NCBI GenBank assembly: GCA_964106915.2
Contig: OZ066918.1
Length of the DNA: 64,000 bases
Strand: one strand, 5' to 3'
From: Podarcis gaigeae
Taxonomy: Eukaryota
Shown: one piece after another, positions 37,613 through 48,803 of the stretch
Layout: each line of letters starts with the position of its first letter
Numbering within the stretch: position 1 is the stretch's first letter
Position numbers and translations under genes: made by a program
The notes under the pieces: generated by a model
Databases searched by the model: none
The model's input: only the letters and a program-made list of their open reading frames with translations
What the model was told of the DNA's origin: nothing

Positions 37613-38662
37613 TATAGGATTACCCTGTGTCAATTAATTAAACAACTCTGATTTAACTAGAATTTCATTCATGCTATTTAAGTTTCTATTTATTAGCTTT
37701 AATAGTTTTCTATGTAATTCACGACTCTTTGCTACTCTTCATTTTATGCTAGCAAAGGAGAGAGGTGGGGATGGGGAGAGGAAGCAGCCAAACAATTCTT
37801 TCCTGTGGTCATTCCTGGTTTAGTGATTTTATTCAAATTACCATTTCCTTAGCAAAAATGTCTAAACCTATTCCAAGTTTTTGCTAATGGATAAAATGGG
37901 GAGTGGGTGGCATCTTAACACATACTCCAGCCATGGATGAGAACAGGGGTAGAAAGAGGGTTTTGAAGAGACACCAGTAATTGTAACATTCCAAGAGTGT
38001 GCAATCCTGTATTTCACAGTGCTTGCATGCACACATCAATTACTATTCTTGGGTATGCCTCAAATACCACACATTTCTTATACAAAAAGTAGCCCCATTT
38101 TTTAAAAAAAAGGCAGTGAAACTTGCATGACTGCTGTCTTGTGGCCTGCCTTTTGTTCTGCATCATTTCCTACAGCTTTTTAGCGCAGACAGACGAGCGT
38201 CAGAGCATTGATACTCTAATGTAGTGAGATAGAGCTAAAGTTGTGAGAGGGAGGCTACTTACTTAAAAAGTAAGAGATGCAGAGGGAGAGAAGTTTCTTT
38301 AAATGAAGATGTGAATCACAAGAACAAGGGGCAAGTACAACTTACAAAAACTAATACTAGAGCTGTTAATCAGAATAAAATGGATTACATATGCCATATA
38401 AAAGATTTTTTAAAAGTCAATTGCATGTGAATTGCTTACATTTAATGTCACATCTACTTTAAACCACAGTCAGTGTTAATTTCATTGCAAACGTAACACT
38501 AAACCGTGGCTACCAACAAAAAGAGAAGGAATGGGTGTTCATGGAATGATTGAGAGGGAGTGGATAGATCCATAGCACACTCACAATGATTAAGCAATTT
38601 GAAATATTACGTCTGCACCTGACAAATCTGCAGCATGAAGCATGTAGCAGCATAAGATATAC

Positions 38663-38779
38663 CTGGGAATACTCAGTAATCTTTTTCTTGCTTTGGAATA
38701 TACTGTGCCCACAACTTGACAGAGCTGACCTTGCATCCATCGTACATCATCAGGGATATCAGGAAACCAGTCTACTAAT
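38663..38779 (-). CDS. PNPLA3: PNPLA3-like exon 8
   Basis: (R)LVDWFPDIPDDVRWMQGQLCQVVGTVYSKARKRLLSIP; 117 nt. Confidence 0.9.
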
Positions 38780-39007
38780 CTGTAAGGAATAAATAATAGG
38801 ATTTCAGGCAGAACCCTGATTTGAGAAAATGCCATATGGGAGGGAAGGACTTTAGGCAGAGAGACAGGAGAGCCATTCTACTAATGCTTCTTATGGACAT
38901 CAGCTAATCTGCCCCACCTAAAACTTGGCTTGCTTGCTTTATTGACTAAATTTATATACTGCCCAATACTCACAGGTCTCAATGTGGTTTATAATTAAAC
39001 ACAATAA

Positions 39008-39343
39008 AAAGGTAAACATAACGGACCCCTGACAGTTAAGTCCAGTCACAGACGACTCTGGGGTTGTGGTGCTCATCTCGCTTTACAGGCCGAGGGAGCC
39101 AGTGTTTGTCCACAGACAGTTTTTCCGGGTCATGTGGCCAGCATGACTAAAGCCACTTTACCTATTTATCTACTTGCACTAAAGCCACTTTACCTATTTA
39201 TCTACTTGCACTTTGACATACTTTCGAACTGCTAGGTTGGCAGGAGCTGAGACCGAACAACAGGAGCTCACCGCGTTGCGGGGTTTCAAACCGCTGACTT
39301 TCCGATCGGCAAGCCCTAGGCTCAGTGGTTTACACCACAGCGC
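39008..39343 (+). mobile_element. Sauria SINE with internal deletion and 32-bp tandem duplication
   Basis: Family similarity; ACTAAAGCCACTTTACCTATTTATCTACTTGC x2 at 39146-39209. Confidence 0.8.
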
Positions 39344-39908
39344 GTGTGTGTGTTTAATTTTTAGTTTTTTCTCTACAGCAGGTTTGGGAATATTACTGCT
39401 ACGTTTTAAAGGGCCTTTATCATTGCAAACTCCTTGAACAGAGTTCCCTACACAGCCAGTTTCTCAGTTAAATCTGGAGATACACATCAATTAAAATATA
39501 GGGTTTAAAAGTAAGCTTCATGCACATTCCAAGTTTATGAAACTGAACCCAAAAAGCACACATGGAAAAGAAAATATATCTACTATTTTTCAGTTAATCG
39601 TTTTAAGAATAATATAGTGGTTAAGTTGTGAGCCTGGAAGTTCCAGTTCAATCAAACTTTAGCCATGACTACAAAAGTTACCTAAATATATTGGTACCTC
39701 TCAGCAGTATTCGACTCATTCATTCCTTCCCAAGTGCAATGCAGGGTTAATACTTTCCTGTCTAGCAGGATTTAATTTTTATAAGAAAATTGGAATACAT
39801 ATGAATTTTTTTAAAAAAAGAACTATTGTAAGGCTTTTGAGCCCTTAGAAAATGTGCTATATAAAAACACTAGTACAACAAGGGCAGACTTCCATTCTTA
39901 ACACTCAC

Positions 39909-40041
39909 CTTAAGGCCACAAAATATGCTGACTCAACTGGCAGAGTATACGGCAGCATCACATAGGACATCAGTCGCATTGGTAGAAATTTAGAAAGCTG
40001 AGCATAGAGTCCACATTTCTCTTTACAAGCCTCCTGCAATG
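39909..40041 (-). CDS. PNPLA3: PNPLA3-like exon 7
   Basis: ALQEACKEKCGLYAQLSKFLPMRLMSYVMLPYTLPVESAYFVAL(R); 133 nt; absent from the ORF track. Confidence 0.93.
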
Positions 40042-40763
40042 CTGTCATTTATACAGTCATTAATCTCAACTGAACATAAACATAATGGCTTTTAGATTCT
40101 GCAAGAGTGATGAAGCATTGCCTGGAATCATGCTAGATAACCCACAACAGGCTTTTTCATGACAGAACTCAACTAAATGCACCTAGTACTCTCCTATATA
40201 CATACGGGCCAATTCATCACCATCTGGCTGGTATAAATTTCAGTAATGTTCAGTCGGCTTCTAATGGGGACAGGTAATTCCACCAAGTCTGCTTCATGTA
40301 GAATCTGATTATCCTAGAATTCCTCATGCAGTCGATATACAATCAGAAGAGGCTCCTCATTGTGTCACTGTTCTGTGAATCACTATTCTAAGTTTCCTTC
40401 CTTTCAATCAGAACAGACTCGTGAAAAAAGGCAGCGGTGGATCCTCCAAGAACAGGATTTTTTTACTCTCTTACACTCAAAACCTTTTTGTATTATAAAA
40501 ATATGTTTTCCCACAACTTTAATTCAGAAAAAGCAATGCATTTTGGCCCTCAAAAGCTTTGAAAAAACATTTATTTTCTTGCTCACTCATAGCACAACTC
40601 AACCAAGATTTCTATTCAACCGCTTATTCACTGGATAGTTCTCCTTGCAATTTACTTGTTTTTCTTTCCTTACAGCCTTAGAATAAAACTCCACCTCTTC
40701 TGAACATGGAAGACAGGAAGCTGAGTGAGGGGCAAGTGCCAAGCAAGGAAGAGAAAGGAATTA

Positions 40764-41016
40764 CAGTGGTACCTCGTAAGACGAATGCCTCGTAAGACGA
40801 AAAACTCGCAAGACGAAAGAGTTTTTCGTTTTTTGAGTTGCTTCGCAAGACGAATTTCCCTATGGGCTTGCTTCGCAAGACAAAAACGTCTTGCAAGTTT
40901 GTTTCCTTTTTCTTAAAACCGTTAATACCCAGGGTATCCGTGCTTTGCAAGACGAAAAATTCGCAAGACGAAAAAACTTGCAGAACAAATTAATTTCGTC
41001 TTGCGAGGTACCACTG
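40764..41016. mobile_element. Tigger-like MITE with internal CGCAAGACGAA repeats
   Basis: CAGTGGTACCTCG...CGAGGTACCACTG, TA flanks. Confidence 0.85.
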
Positions 41017-41299
41017 TAGTCCACCTGGCTTATTCCCTCTCCTCCTCACCCCACCTGCTCTGTTACAGTTTATCTGATAGGTACACTCCTTCTCCATGTG
41101 CATCCAAAAAGCCACATCTGCACTAAGGTTTAGTTAGCCTCCAACATTAATAACTTTCATTCAAAGGTGGCCAAAGAAGACTCTTCTGTGATGCACAAAT
41201 ATATACCCAAGTTCTTAAACTGTTTTACTAAATCAATTTGCACAGTATTCCAGATACTTCTGTACTGAATGTTTATTATTTGTCCAGCCATAAGTATCA

Positions 41300-41659
41300 T
41301 GGGGGCTGGGGGGCTGAGGCCCCGGGTGCAAAATTCTGAGGGGCGCAACCAGGTACCCCCATGCAGGCGCCAGATTCTGTAGTGATCCCCGGCTTGGTGA
41401 AGGAGGCAGAGCAGTCCAGGGAGAGCAGGTTCAGGCAGAGGGAGGCTGGCAAGGGGTAACCCCAGCGCAGCCTGGCCTGGCCCTCTTCTCTGCAGGTGTC
41501 GAGAGGATTTGCCCAAGAGCCACACTGGCTCCAGGCTACCCCCTGTGCGGCCGGGCAGGTGGCACAACACAGCCCCTGTTGGCTCTGGTTTGGGGGGACG
41601 CTCTGGCAGCATCGGTGGCTTGCCCACCCCGGGCACCAGCAACCTATGCTATGCCGCTG
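41300..41659. mobile_element. GC-rich hAT-like non-autonomous fragment
   Basis: Right end GCTATGCCGCTG resembles the TIR of 8311-8435; left end unclear. Confidence 0.45.
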
Positions 41660-42066
41660 ATAAGTAGCAACAGTAGGTTTCTCAGTTATTTTATGCATAA
41701 GATTAAAGTATGTAAAGATGATTAGCAAAAATAAACTGAAAAACAAACTTTTGTCATAGTATATAATAACTGGCCAGAGTTAATACAATTCACTATGTTA
41801 CAGAAACAAGGCACTACAGATGCAGTTAAAAGCACTGGTCATGATCCAGCCCAAGTCAAACACTTTAAAGTACCATGGATTTCAATGGGAGAAATTTAAG
41901 AATGTGCTAAATGTTCTCCCGCTGAAATCATGTTGGATTTACAAGTGCTGAATTCTGGCTGGACTATACCCAATGTTGTATGCATTGACAGTATCATTAC
42001 TAATTACTGGAGTAATTTAATGAAACTTAGTTTTACAATAAAAATGAGGTTACTTTAAATCTCTAC

Positions 42067-42285
42067 CTTTCCGGAGTCTAGGAGGTAGATTCTCAAAAAT
42101 GGTTCCATCCAATGGCCAGGCAGCTAATTGCAGCTGATCAATAAGCATTTCTTCATCTTTCATCTCTTTTTTTGCTTCATTTGCTGCAACTGTTTTTTTA
42201 TCAGCATAATCTGGGGTCTGAACACATTCCTGATGGTTTTCCTTTGTTAAGGCCAAGTCAACTAAAACTGAATCATACAGTATAC
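42067..42285 (-). CDS. PNPLA3: PNPLA3-like exon 6
   Basis: (G)ILYDSVLVDLAL...WPLDGTIFENLPPRLRK; 219 nt, phase 1-1; LPPRL resembles PNPLA2/3. Confidence 0.85.
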
Positions 42286-43605
42286 CTGAGGAAGACAGAA
42301 TAAAAACAGCTTCTAATGTGATGGTGTTTCTGTATTCAAGATCATGACCGGCACCATATTGCAAAACAGAGTTGGAAGAGGGCATAAAGACTGCACTACT
42401 CCTAATTTGAAAAGTCTTCTAGTATAAACTTTCAAATCTTGAAGAAAGAAGGTCATATATTGTCTGAAGTGGGCAACGCAAGAGTAGAAAAACTGATGGA
42501 AATGAGCACAGTCAGCTTAGAAATCTCTTAAAAGTGGAATCCTATCACTGACAAACAGTAAACAGCAAAACTACAGCTGCTCCTGGATCTTTTTGGTAAG
42601 AGTTAGAATGTCTAAGCCATGTGTGTTCAGGAAAAAAATACTGGATTCTCAAGAACAAACCACAAGGTTGCCTGTAATTGTAATTGTAAAAGTCAATGTA
42701 ATTTCTGTGAAATTAAGTAGGCTCAGGCCATTGTGCCATGCCAAATAAGTTATACTTAGAGTAGACCCACTGAAATGATGTTAAGAAACTTAAATCCAAG
42801 CTCAACTCTCTAACAAAGATTTATCCATTTCCCAAAGTGTATGGCCACAGTTATATAAACCAAAAGTCACCTTAGTCTTCCAAGTCCTTGAGGGGGAAAT
42901 GGCTCATGATACCCGCAGCTGCATCATGTATCGAGAAAACATGATACTAAGCAGATGGAATGATAAGACTCTGGCAAGTCTAGCATCACCCACTTCTGAA
43001 AGAAAACACTGTCCGCATTGCATGGCACAAACTTTTATTATACAAGTAGAGTTGAAGCCACAATTGTACTGCCTCAGATGATATATAGTCATTGCTGAAT
43101 TTTCCCTGGACCACACTTTCTGCAGCGTGTGAACACAGATAATAAGCTACGTTCATAGGTAGGATCACATGGGAAGGCAGAATCCTTCCAATATCCAAGT
43201 CTCCAACTGCTTAGGAGAAAATATTTATGCTGTGACCCGCTCTGAGCTCTATGGATGAAAGGCAGTATATAAATTTAATAAATAAGTCAAAGAATATAAT
43301 CAGTTTGAACTGGGTTCAGGAACAGTTTGGGAGTCAATGAAGATGATCCTATACATCTACAATGTAGAATCTATATATGCTGGGTTCCAGCTGATATTAG
43401 CAGCTATATTTTGAACTAGCTGAAGTTTCTGAACATTGTTGAAAAACAGTCCAACACGAGTGTGCAATCTGAACTCGATGTTACAAAGATATGAGCAACC
43501 ATAGTCAGCATCTTTTGTCCGTATACAAAAATGCGCAGACCTGTCATGACATTGTGACTGACATTCTGTTCACCATATTATATATTTGAAATCACAGTGA
43601 CGTAC

Positions 43606-43666
43606 CATTTTCTTTCAAATATCTAAGAGCATCCGAATAGCCTTGTTCACAGATCTCTCCTAGCAC
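43606..43666 (-). CDS. PNPLA3: PNPLA3-like exon 5
   Basis: VLGEICEQGYSDALRYLKEN(G); 61 nt. Confidence 0.95.
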
Positions 43667-43708
43667 CTGAAAATAAGGTTACAAAAAACTAGTAAACAGG
43701 AGGAAGTA

Positions 43709-44070
43709 CCGTATTTTTCCGTGTATAGCACAACCCCATGTATAAGACAACCCCTACTTTTGGGAGCCCAAAATAAAGAAATCAGTATTTACAGTTGTTC
43801 AGGTTTTGTGGGAAATCAGCTAAAAAGCTGTTGAGCTTTTTCTCCAACCTGCGCCTGACTTCGCCTCACACTGTGGCCATGCTCCCTCCTTGCCTGGGCA
43901 CTGCCTCACCTCTCCAGCCAGCTCTGAGGACTCAGGACTCAGGAGCTGCCAGGAGCCACCAGCTCACTCAAGACTTACCATATAAATCTGTGTATATGGC
44001 AAACCCCAATTTTTGACTATTTTTTTGGGGTGGGGAGGGGAAGCATCACCTTGTTCACAGAAAAATAGAG
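43709..44070. mobile_element. Tc1/mariner-type MITE (CCGTATTTTTC end), degraded
   Basis: TA+CCGTATTTTTCCGTGTATA left end; ACAGAAAAATAG right-end remnant. Confidence 0.5.
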
Positions 44071-44647
44071 AATATTGAAAATTCCCAAAGAGCAACATAC
44101 AGAAAGGCATCTCATACCAGTTAATACTCTGTTGACACATTACCAAAAGGCTCAGTAAGCACTTTATCATAATGAAAGAAAACAATTCTACACTACCGTA
44201 GAGCATTGCACACCTCCTTCCTCAAACCTTAACTGCACCAAATCTGCCCCAATCATTGCTCAACTCCCACCCCAATATTGCAAACTGAGGAGGGTTACCA
44301 CCACTTACATTGTTCCTTGCTAGTAGGAACTGCTCTCAATGAATTTACTAAAAGTGCCCCTAAGATGCACTCAAGTAGCGCGTGGTCATCCTCTAATATC
44401 TAGATTAAATGTGGAGTGGGAAAACCATGTATGCCACCATGAGCTTCTAGAAGGAAAGGTGGGCTATAAATTTATATATATACAAAAAATTAGAAATTTA
44501 AACACAACTATACCTTTGGAGGGGTGCATCTGTCTAGCATTCCATGGTAGGAACATATCTGTCTAGCATTTGTCTAGCATTCCATGGTAGGAACATACAT
44601 GCCAACAAACTAGCAATTGGGTAAGAGAAAATAGTGAATATACATAC

Positions 44648-44857
44648 CTTGGGTTCTGGAGGAAAAAGTGCTTGAGTTAAACGGTAGATGTTCCCTAGGC
44701 TAAACTGAATGCTGGTGTTGGTGAAGTTCATTTCATGGAAGTTTGCAGAGTTGCCCTTGGGACAAATGTCACACTCCCCAGCAAAAGGTGAAATTGTGAT
44801 GGTGTTTTTTGAGTCATACTGAGGTAAGTTGTCACTTATTCCACCATCGACGTAGCG
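44648..44857 (-). CDS. PNPLA3: PNPLA3-like exon 4 (catalytic Asp, DGG)
   Basis: [34 protein letters not shown]...ALFPPEPK; 210 nt. Confidence 0.96.
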
Positions 44858-44867
44858 CTTTGGGAAG

Positions 44868-44869
<2 letters not shown>

Positions 44870-44908
<39 letters not shown>
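44870..44908. repeat. (AAAG)n microsatellite
   Basis: Seen directly, 12 nt from the exon 4 boundary. Confidence 0.95.
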
Positions 44909-44911
<3 letters not shown>

Positions 44912-47619
44912 AGGAATCTATTTGCTTAAAGCAAAATTTAGCTGACTTGCTCTGCAACTTCAGAAAGGAAGCCTAGTATTTCCACTTGCCACACCTTTCA
45001 GTGGTAGTATTATATGTGAGCAGGTACTGACCCAGCACAGGCCATTGCTCAGAACAGCAGCAGAGCTTTGTGCACCTCGGGATCGCAAGTAATGTCTGAA
45101 AATGTGCAGGTGCACATCCCAGATTATATGCTGCCCAGCAGCTTCTGCAACATTGGAAGCAATGTTATGGGCTCTCTTTTGGCATGCACCATACTTAGAG
45201 GCTAAATTCAGCCCTGGTGAAAACATTAGCTAAGGAAACATACAACTCTCTTTTGTGTTTCATAGGGCTCACATCCTTCTCACCCTGCCCCTTCCCCAAC
45301 CAAGGTTCCAATGTTCACCCTAGTTTGAGCAAAGGGCATACTCTTGATTCAAATCAGCCTTAAAAACCCAGCTTTTGCTAAGGTTGCCTATACCCAAGGA
45401 AGCTGTTAGGTTTTGGCTAGGAGCGGCCTGGAGAGAGCCTCCATTACAGTCATTACAGCAACTCAGGCAGACCACATTTCAAGCAAGCTGAGAGGAAACA
45501 CCTCTGCTGTCTCCTTTCCTGTAAATTATCTGCCACCCTCCTTTATCATTTGTAATTTTAAAGTTAAATAAAACAACATCAAACTCCTAGAATTGTTAAA
45601 TGACTGTATGATAACCCCAAATGTCACATCCTCCCCCTCCCCACAATTACTAATCAAGTCATTTCAATAAGCCAAAGATCTCAAAAGATGTGCTAAACTC
45701 CTTTCCCTATCTCACTTGGAAAGCACAATGAAAATGCATTTTAGAAGCCATCTCTCAGACAATTAGGACAATTTCTTCCTGACTGGTGCCACTTAAAAAC
45801 TTTAACCTCTGGTCATAGCCAGGAAGACAGGATTTGCAGTCCTTGTTTTTATTTTTAAGTCCAACTTGAGCATAAAGGGTGATGCTTTTCACCTTAAGAG
45901 GTACAAATCTTTCAGGTTTCAAAGATACCTTATGTCACTGCACAGGAAGATTCCCGTGGACTCTACCTGTCCCTTCTCCTTTCCTGTCTCTAGTCCCTTT
46001 CTGTTGCTGAAGAGGCCTCTTCACCTTCACTATAGCAAACCCCAGCCTCTCAGAACCTCCCCCCTTCTCTCTTCCCTAACAAGTTAGCCAGCTGGCCAAA
46101 TTCTTACTTTCCCCCCCTTTCCAGCCCAATCGGTCCCTGTTTCCCAGCCAGACCTGCTCTTTCTTCCTCTTGCAATGCCCTTTTCTTCTTCATTGGCCGT
46201 CTCATACCAACAACCTCATATTCTCCTTCCCTCGTGACCCATTGCCACCCAAAAGTATCCCACCTGATTCTTCAGATTCTTACCTAAAGAACTTTCCTGA
46301 AGCTCCGCAAACCCCTCCAAGCTACCTCTTCTTCTCTTACCACCTCCCCTTCTCTCTCTAGAGCAAAGAAGCACCAATTTCCATCTGGTACCACCTTCAC
46401 CCTTTCAGCCAACCTCTTCCCTCATCCAGGCAACAGTCTCCTCTCACACTCTTTTCCTGCTCAATCTCTTTTATTCATGTCAAACGCTTGCAAACCTAGC
46501 CTACTGTTAGTGTGTTGTTTACTGATTATCATATTTACTAATTCTCCTTTTGATACAATAAAATTTACTTTAGATCTATCTTTGTTGTCCTTGTTAACTC
46601 TCAGGGCGCCAAATTCTAGAGTGTCCAGGCCTCTACGTCAAAAGATCCCAAAAAGGAGATGTCAGGATTGCGCGTGAGAACTTCAGGCTTCTGCACGATC
46701 TGCACACTTCCTCCTATAGTTTTGTTTCTATGCCAATACTGAGTGGCAAAGCCAATTCATAAAATTAAGTAGGCCTTCAGGCATGTCTCATGTTTGTCAC
46801 CCAACTAAATCCTTTTAGGTAACATAATTGTCCAGCCACGAGGGCAAAGCAACCAGATTAACCTGAACCATGGATTTAGTCTAATATGCTACTCTGCACC
46901 TCGTATAGGATTTCAGCTTTTAAAGAGTAAAAATGGATGAATATAAGACTTGTAAAAAAATGTAGATCAGCAGGCTTTTCAAAAAAATTATCACTAAATC
47001 ACAGACTGTTAATCTTCACAGTTTTGATTTTGAAGTAAAAAAAAAGTCACATGAAGCTTTCACACGAATATCAGCACTATTTTTTAAACATCTGGAATGT
47101 GCACATACTTGACCTGAATCATTTTTTCTTTTCTTATTACTAAAGTAGGAGGGCAAAACCACACTAGCAAAGATCAACATCTCCATGTTTCCTTTCAACT
47201 AAGATGCAGGCAGCCTTTAATAGGATTCCTCAAGTTCTACGTAAGGCCTTGAAATACACTGCTTAAGAAAGGACCTTAAAACAATTAAGAGGATAACAAT
47301 TAGCTTCTCATCTTTAAGATCGCTTCTTCGGGCACTCTGCAAGACAGTTCTCAACCAACACATACAAGCCCAAGCCCAGATACAAACTACTGTGTGTCAG
47401 TATTGCTAAATCTATGTGCATATGTACCATGTAACATATTCATGTACAGATATGTGTGCTCCATGGAGTGCACAAATAAAGAGATTTGCATACAATGAAC
47501 TTCCAAGGATTGTTCACAGATTCCTAATAATAGGACAACATGGCCAGGCAGGAGGCACACCCTTCTGCTTCATTCAATATCATGCAATGTGGCACCCTAC
47601 ATACTTTGTGTGCCAATAG

Positions 47620-47965
47620 GTAAAGGTAAAGGGACCCCTGACCATTAGGTCCAGATGTGGCCGACTCGGGTTGCGGTGCTCATCTCGCTTTACTGGCCGA
47701 GGGAGCCGGTGTACAGCTTCTGGGTCATGTGGCCAGCATGACTAAGCTGCTTCTGGCGAACCAGAGCAGAGCACGGAAATGCCGTTTACCTTCCCGCTGG
47801 AGTGGTACCTATTTATCTACTTGCACTTTGACGTGCTTTCAAACTGCTAGGTTGACAGGAGCAGGGACTGAGCAACGGGAGCTCACCCTGTCATGGGGAT
47901 TCAAACCACCGACCTTCTGATCGGCAAGCCCTAGGCTCTGTGGTTTAACCCACAGCGCTACCCTA
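47620..47965 (+). mobile_element. Sauria SINE
   Basis: 14-bp TSD TTGTGTGCCAATAG at 47606-47619 and 47966-47979. Confidence 0.9.
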
Positions 47966-48318
47966 TTGTGTGCCAATAGAGGCATCCTATTTCCTTAGTT
48001 CTTCCATCTTCAAATTGATGCACAAGAAGAATAAAAACAAAAGCCCCAAATAGATTTTATTTTTAAAGAATTAATATCTGGTTTCCTTAAAACACCTGTT
48101 ACATTACATTGTAATGCTAATTTTGTAAAGACAGCATTTCAGTCTCTTATCTCTCACATGAAGCTGTCCTGGAACTATGTTTTTGCCATGTATATGAAGG
48201 ACACACAGCAAAGAAGACATCAGAATGGCAAGATTTACATCTTCCCACCTTTTCTATCATCATCAGCAGCAGCCTTCTCATGCTGGTTTATAGTATGGAA
48301 GAATGAGCAGCTACTTAC

Positions 48319-48384
48319 CACCCCTCTAAACGAAGGTGGGATGAGGCCACAATATATAGGCACAAATGAACTACAAAGCAAAGC
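48319..48384 (-). CDS. PNPLA3: PNPLA3-like exon 3
   Basis: [22 protein letters not shown]; 66 nt. Confidence 0.96.
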
Positions 48385-48570
48385 CTGTCAAAAAGAAAAG
48401 AAAGGTTAGTTGCATACTGCATTTCTAATAGGAACATTTCCCCAAAGTAAAGCTCTAACACAGCCATTTTCAAATTCTAAAAAGGAATATGAGGAAACAA
48501 ATTAAAAATAAGGTTGAGACAAATGTGAAATATTCTGAACATTATTAACATGGTTAAAATGAGAATATAC

Positions 48571-48803
48571 CTGTATGACTTCTTCTTTGGAATTAAAGTT
48601 GGATACCATCACATTTTTGCCATCAGACACTCTGGTAAGTGAAATGGAAAGTTTCCCTGATATCAACTGATGAGTGTTTTCAGGAAGATTTTTGCAAAGT
48701 CCATCCCTTATAATCTTCATCACGTTAAAGGAAGGATGAAGAGGGCCAAGATTTCGCTTTCTTGCTTCTCTGGCTAGACCCAGAACATCTGCACAAGCTT
48801 CAG
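48571..48803 (-). CDS. PNPLA3: PNPLA3-like exon 2
   Basis: [27 protein letters not shown]...[30 protein letters not shown]; 233 nt. Confidence 0.96.

Noticed and set aside
40764-41016. Short interspaced repeats (CGCAAGACGAA) resembling a CRISPR array
   Set aside because: Eukaryotic DNA; irregular spacing; they are internal repeats of a TIR-bounded MITE
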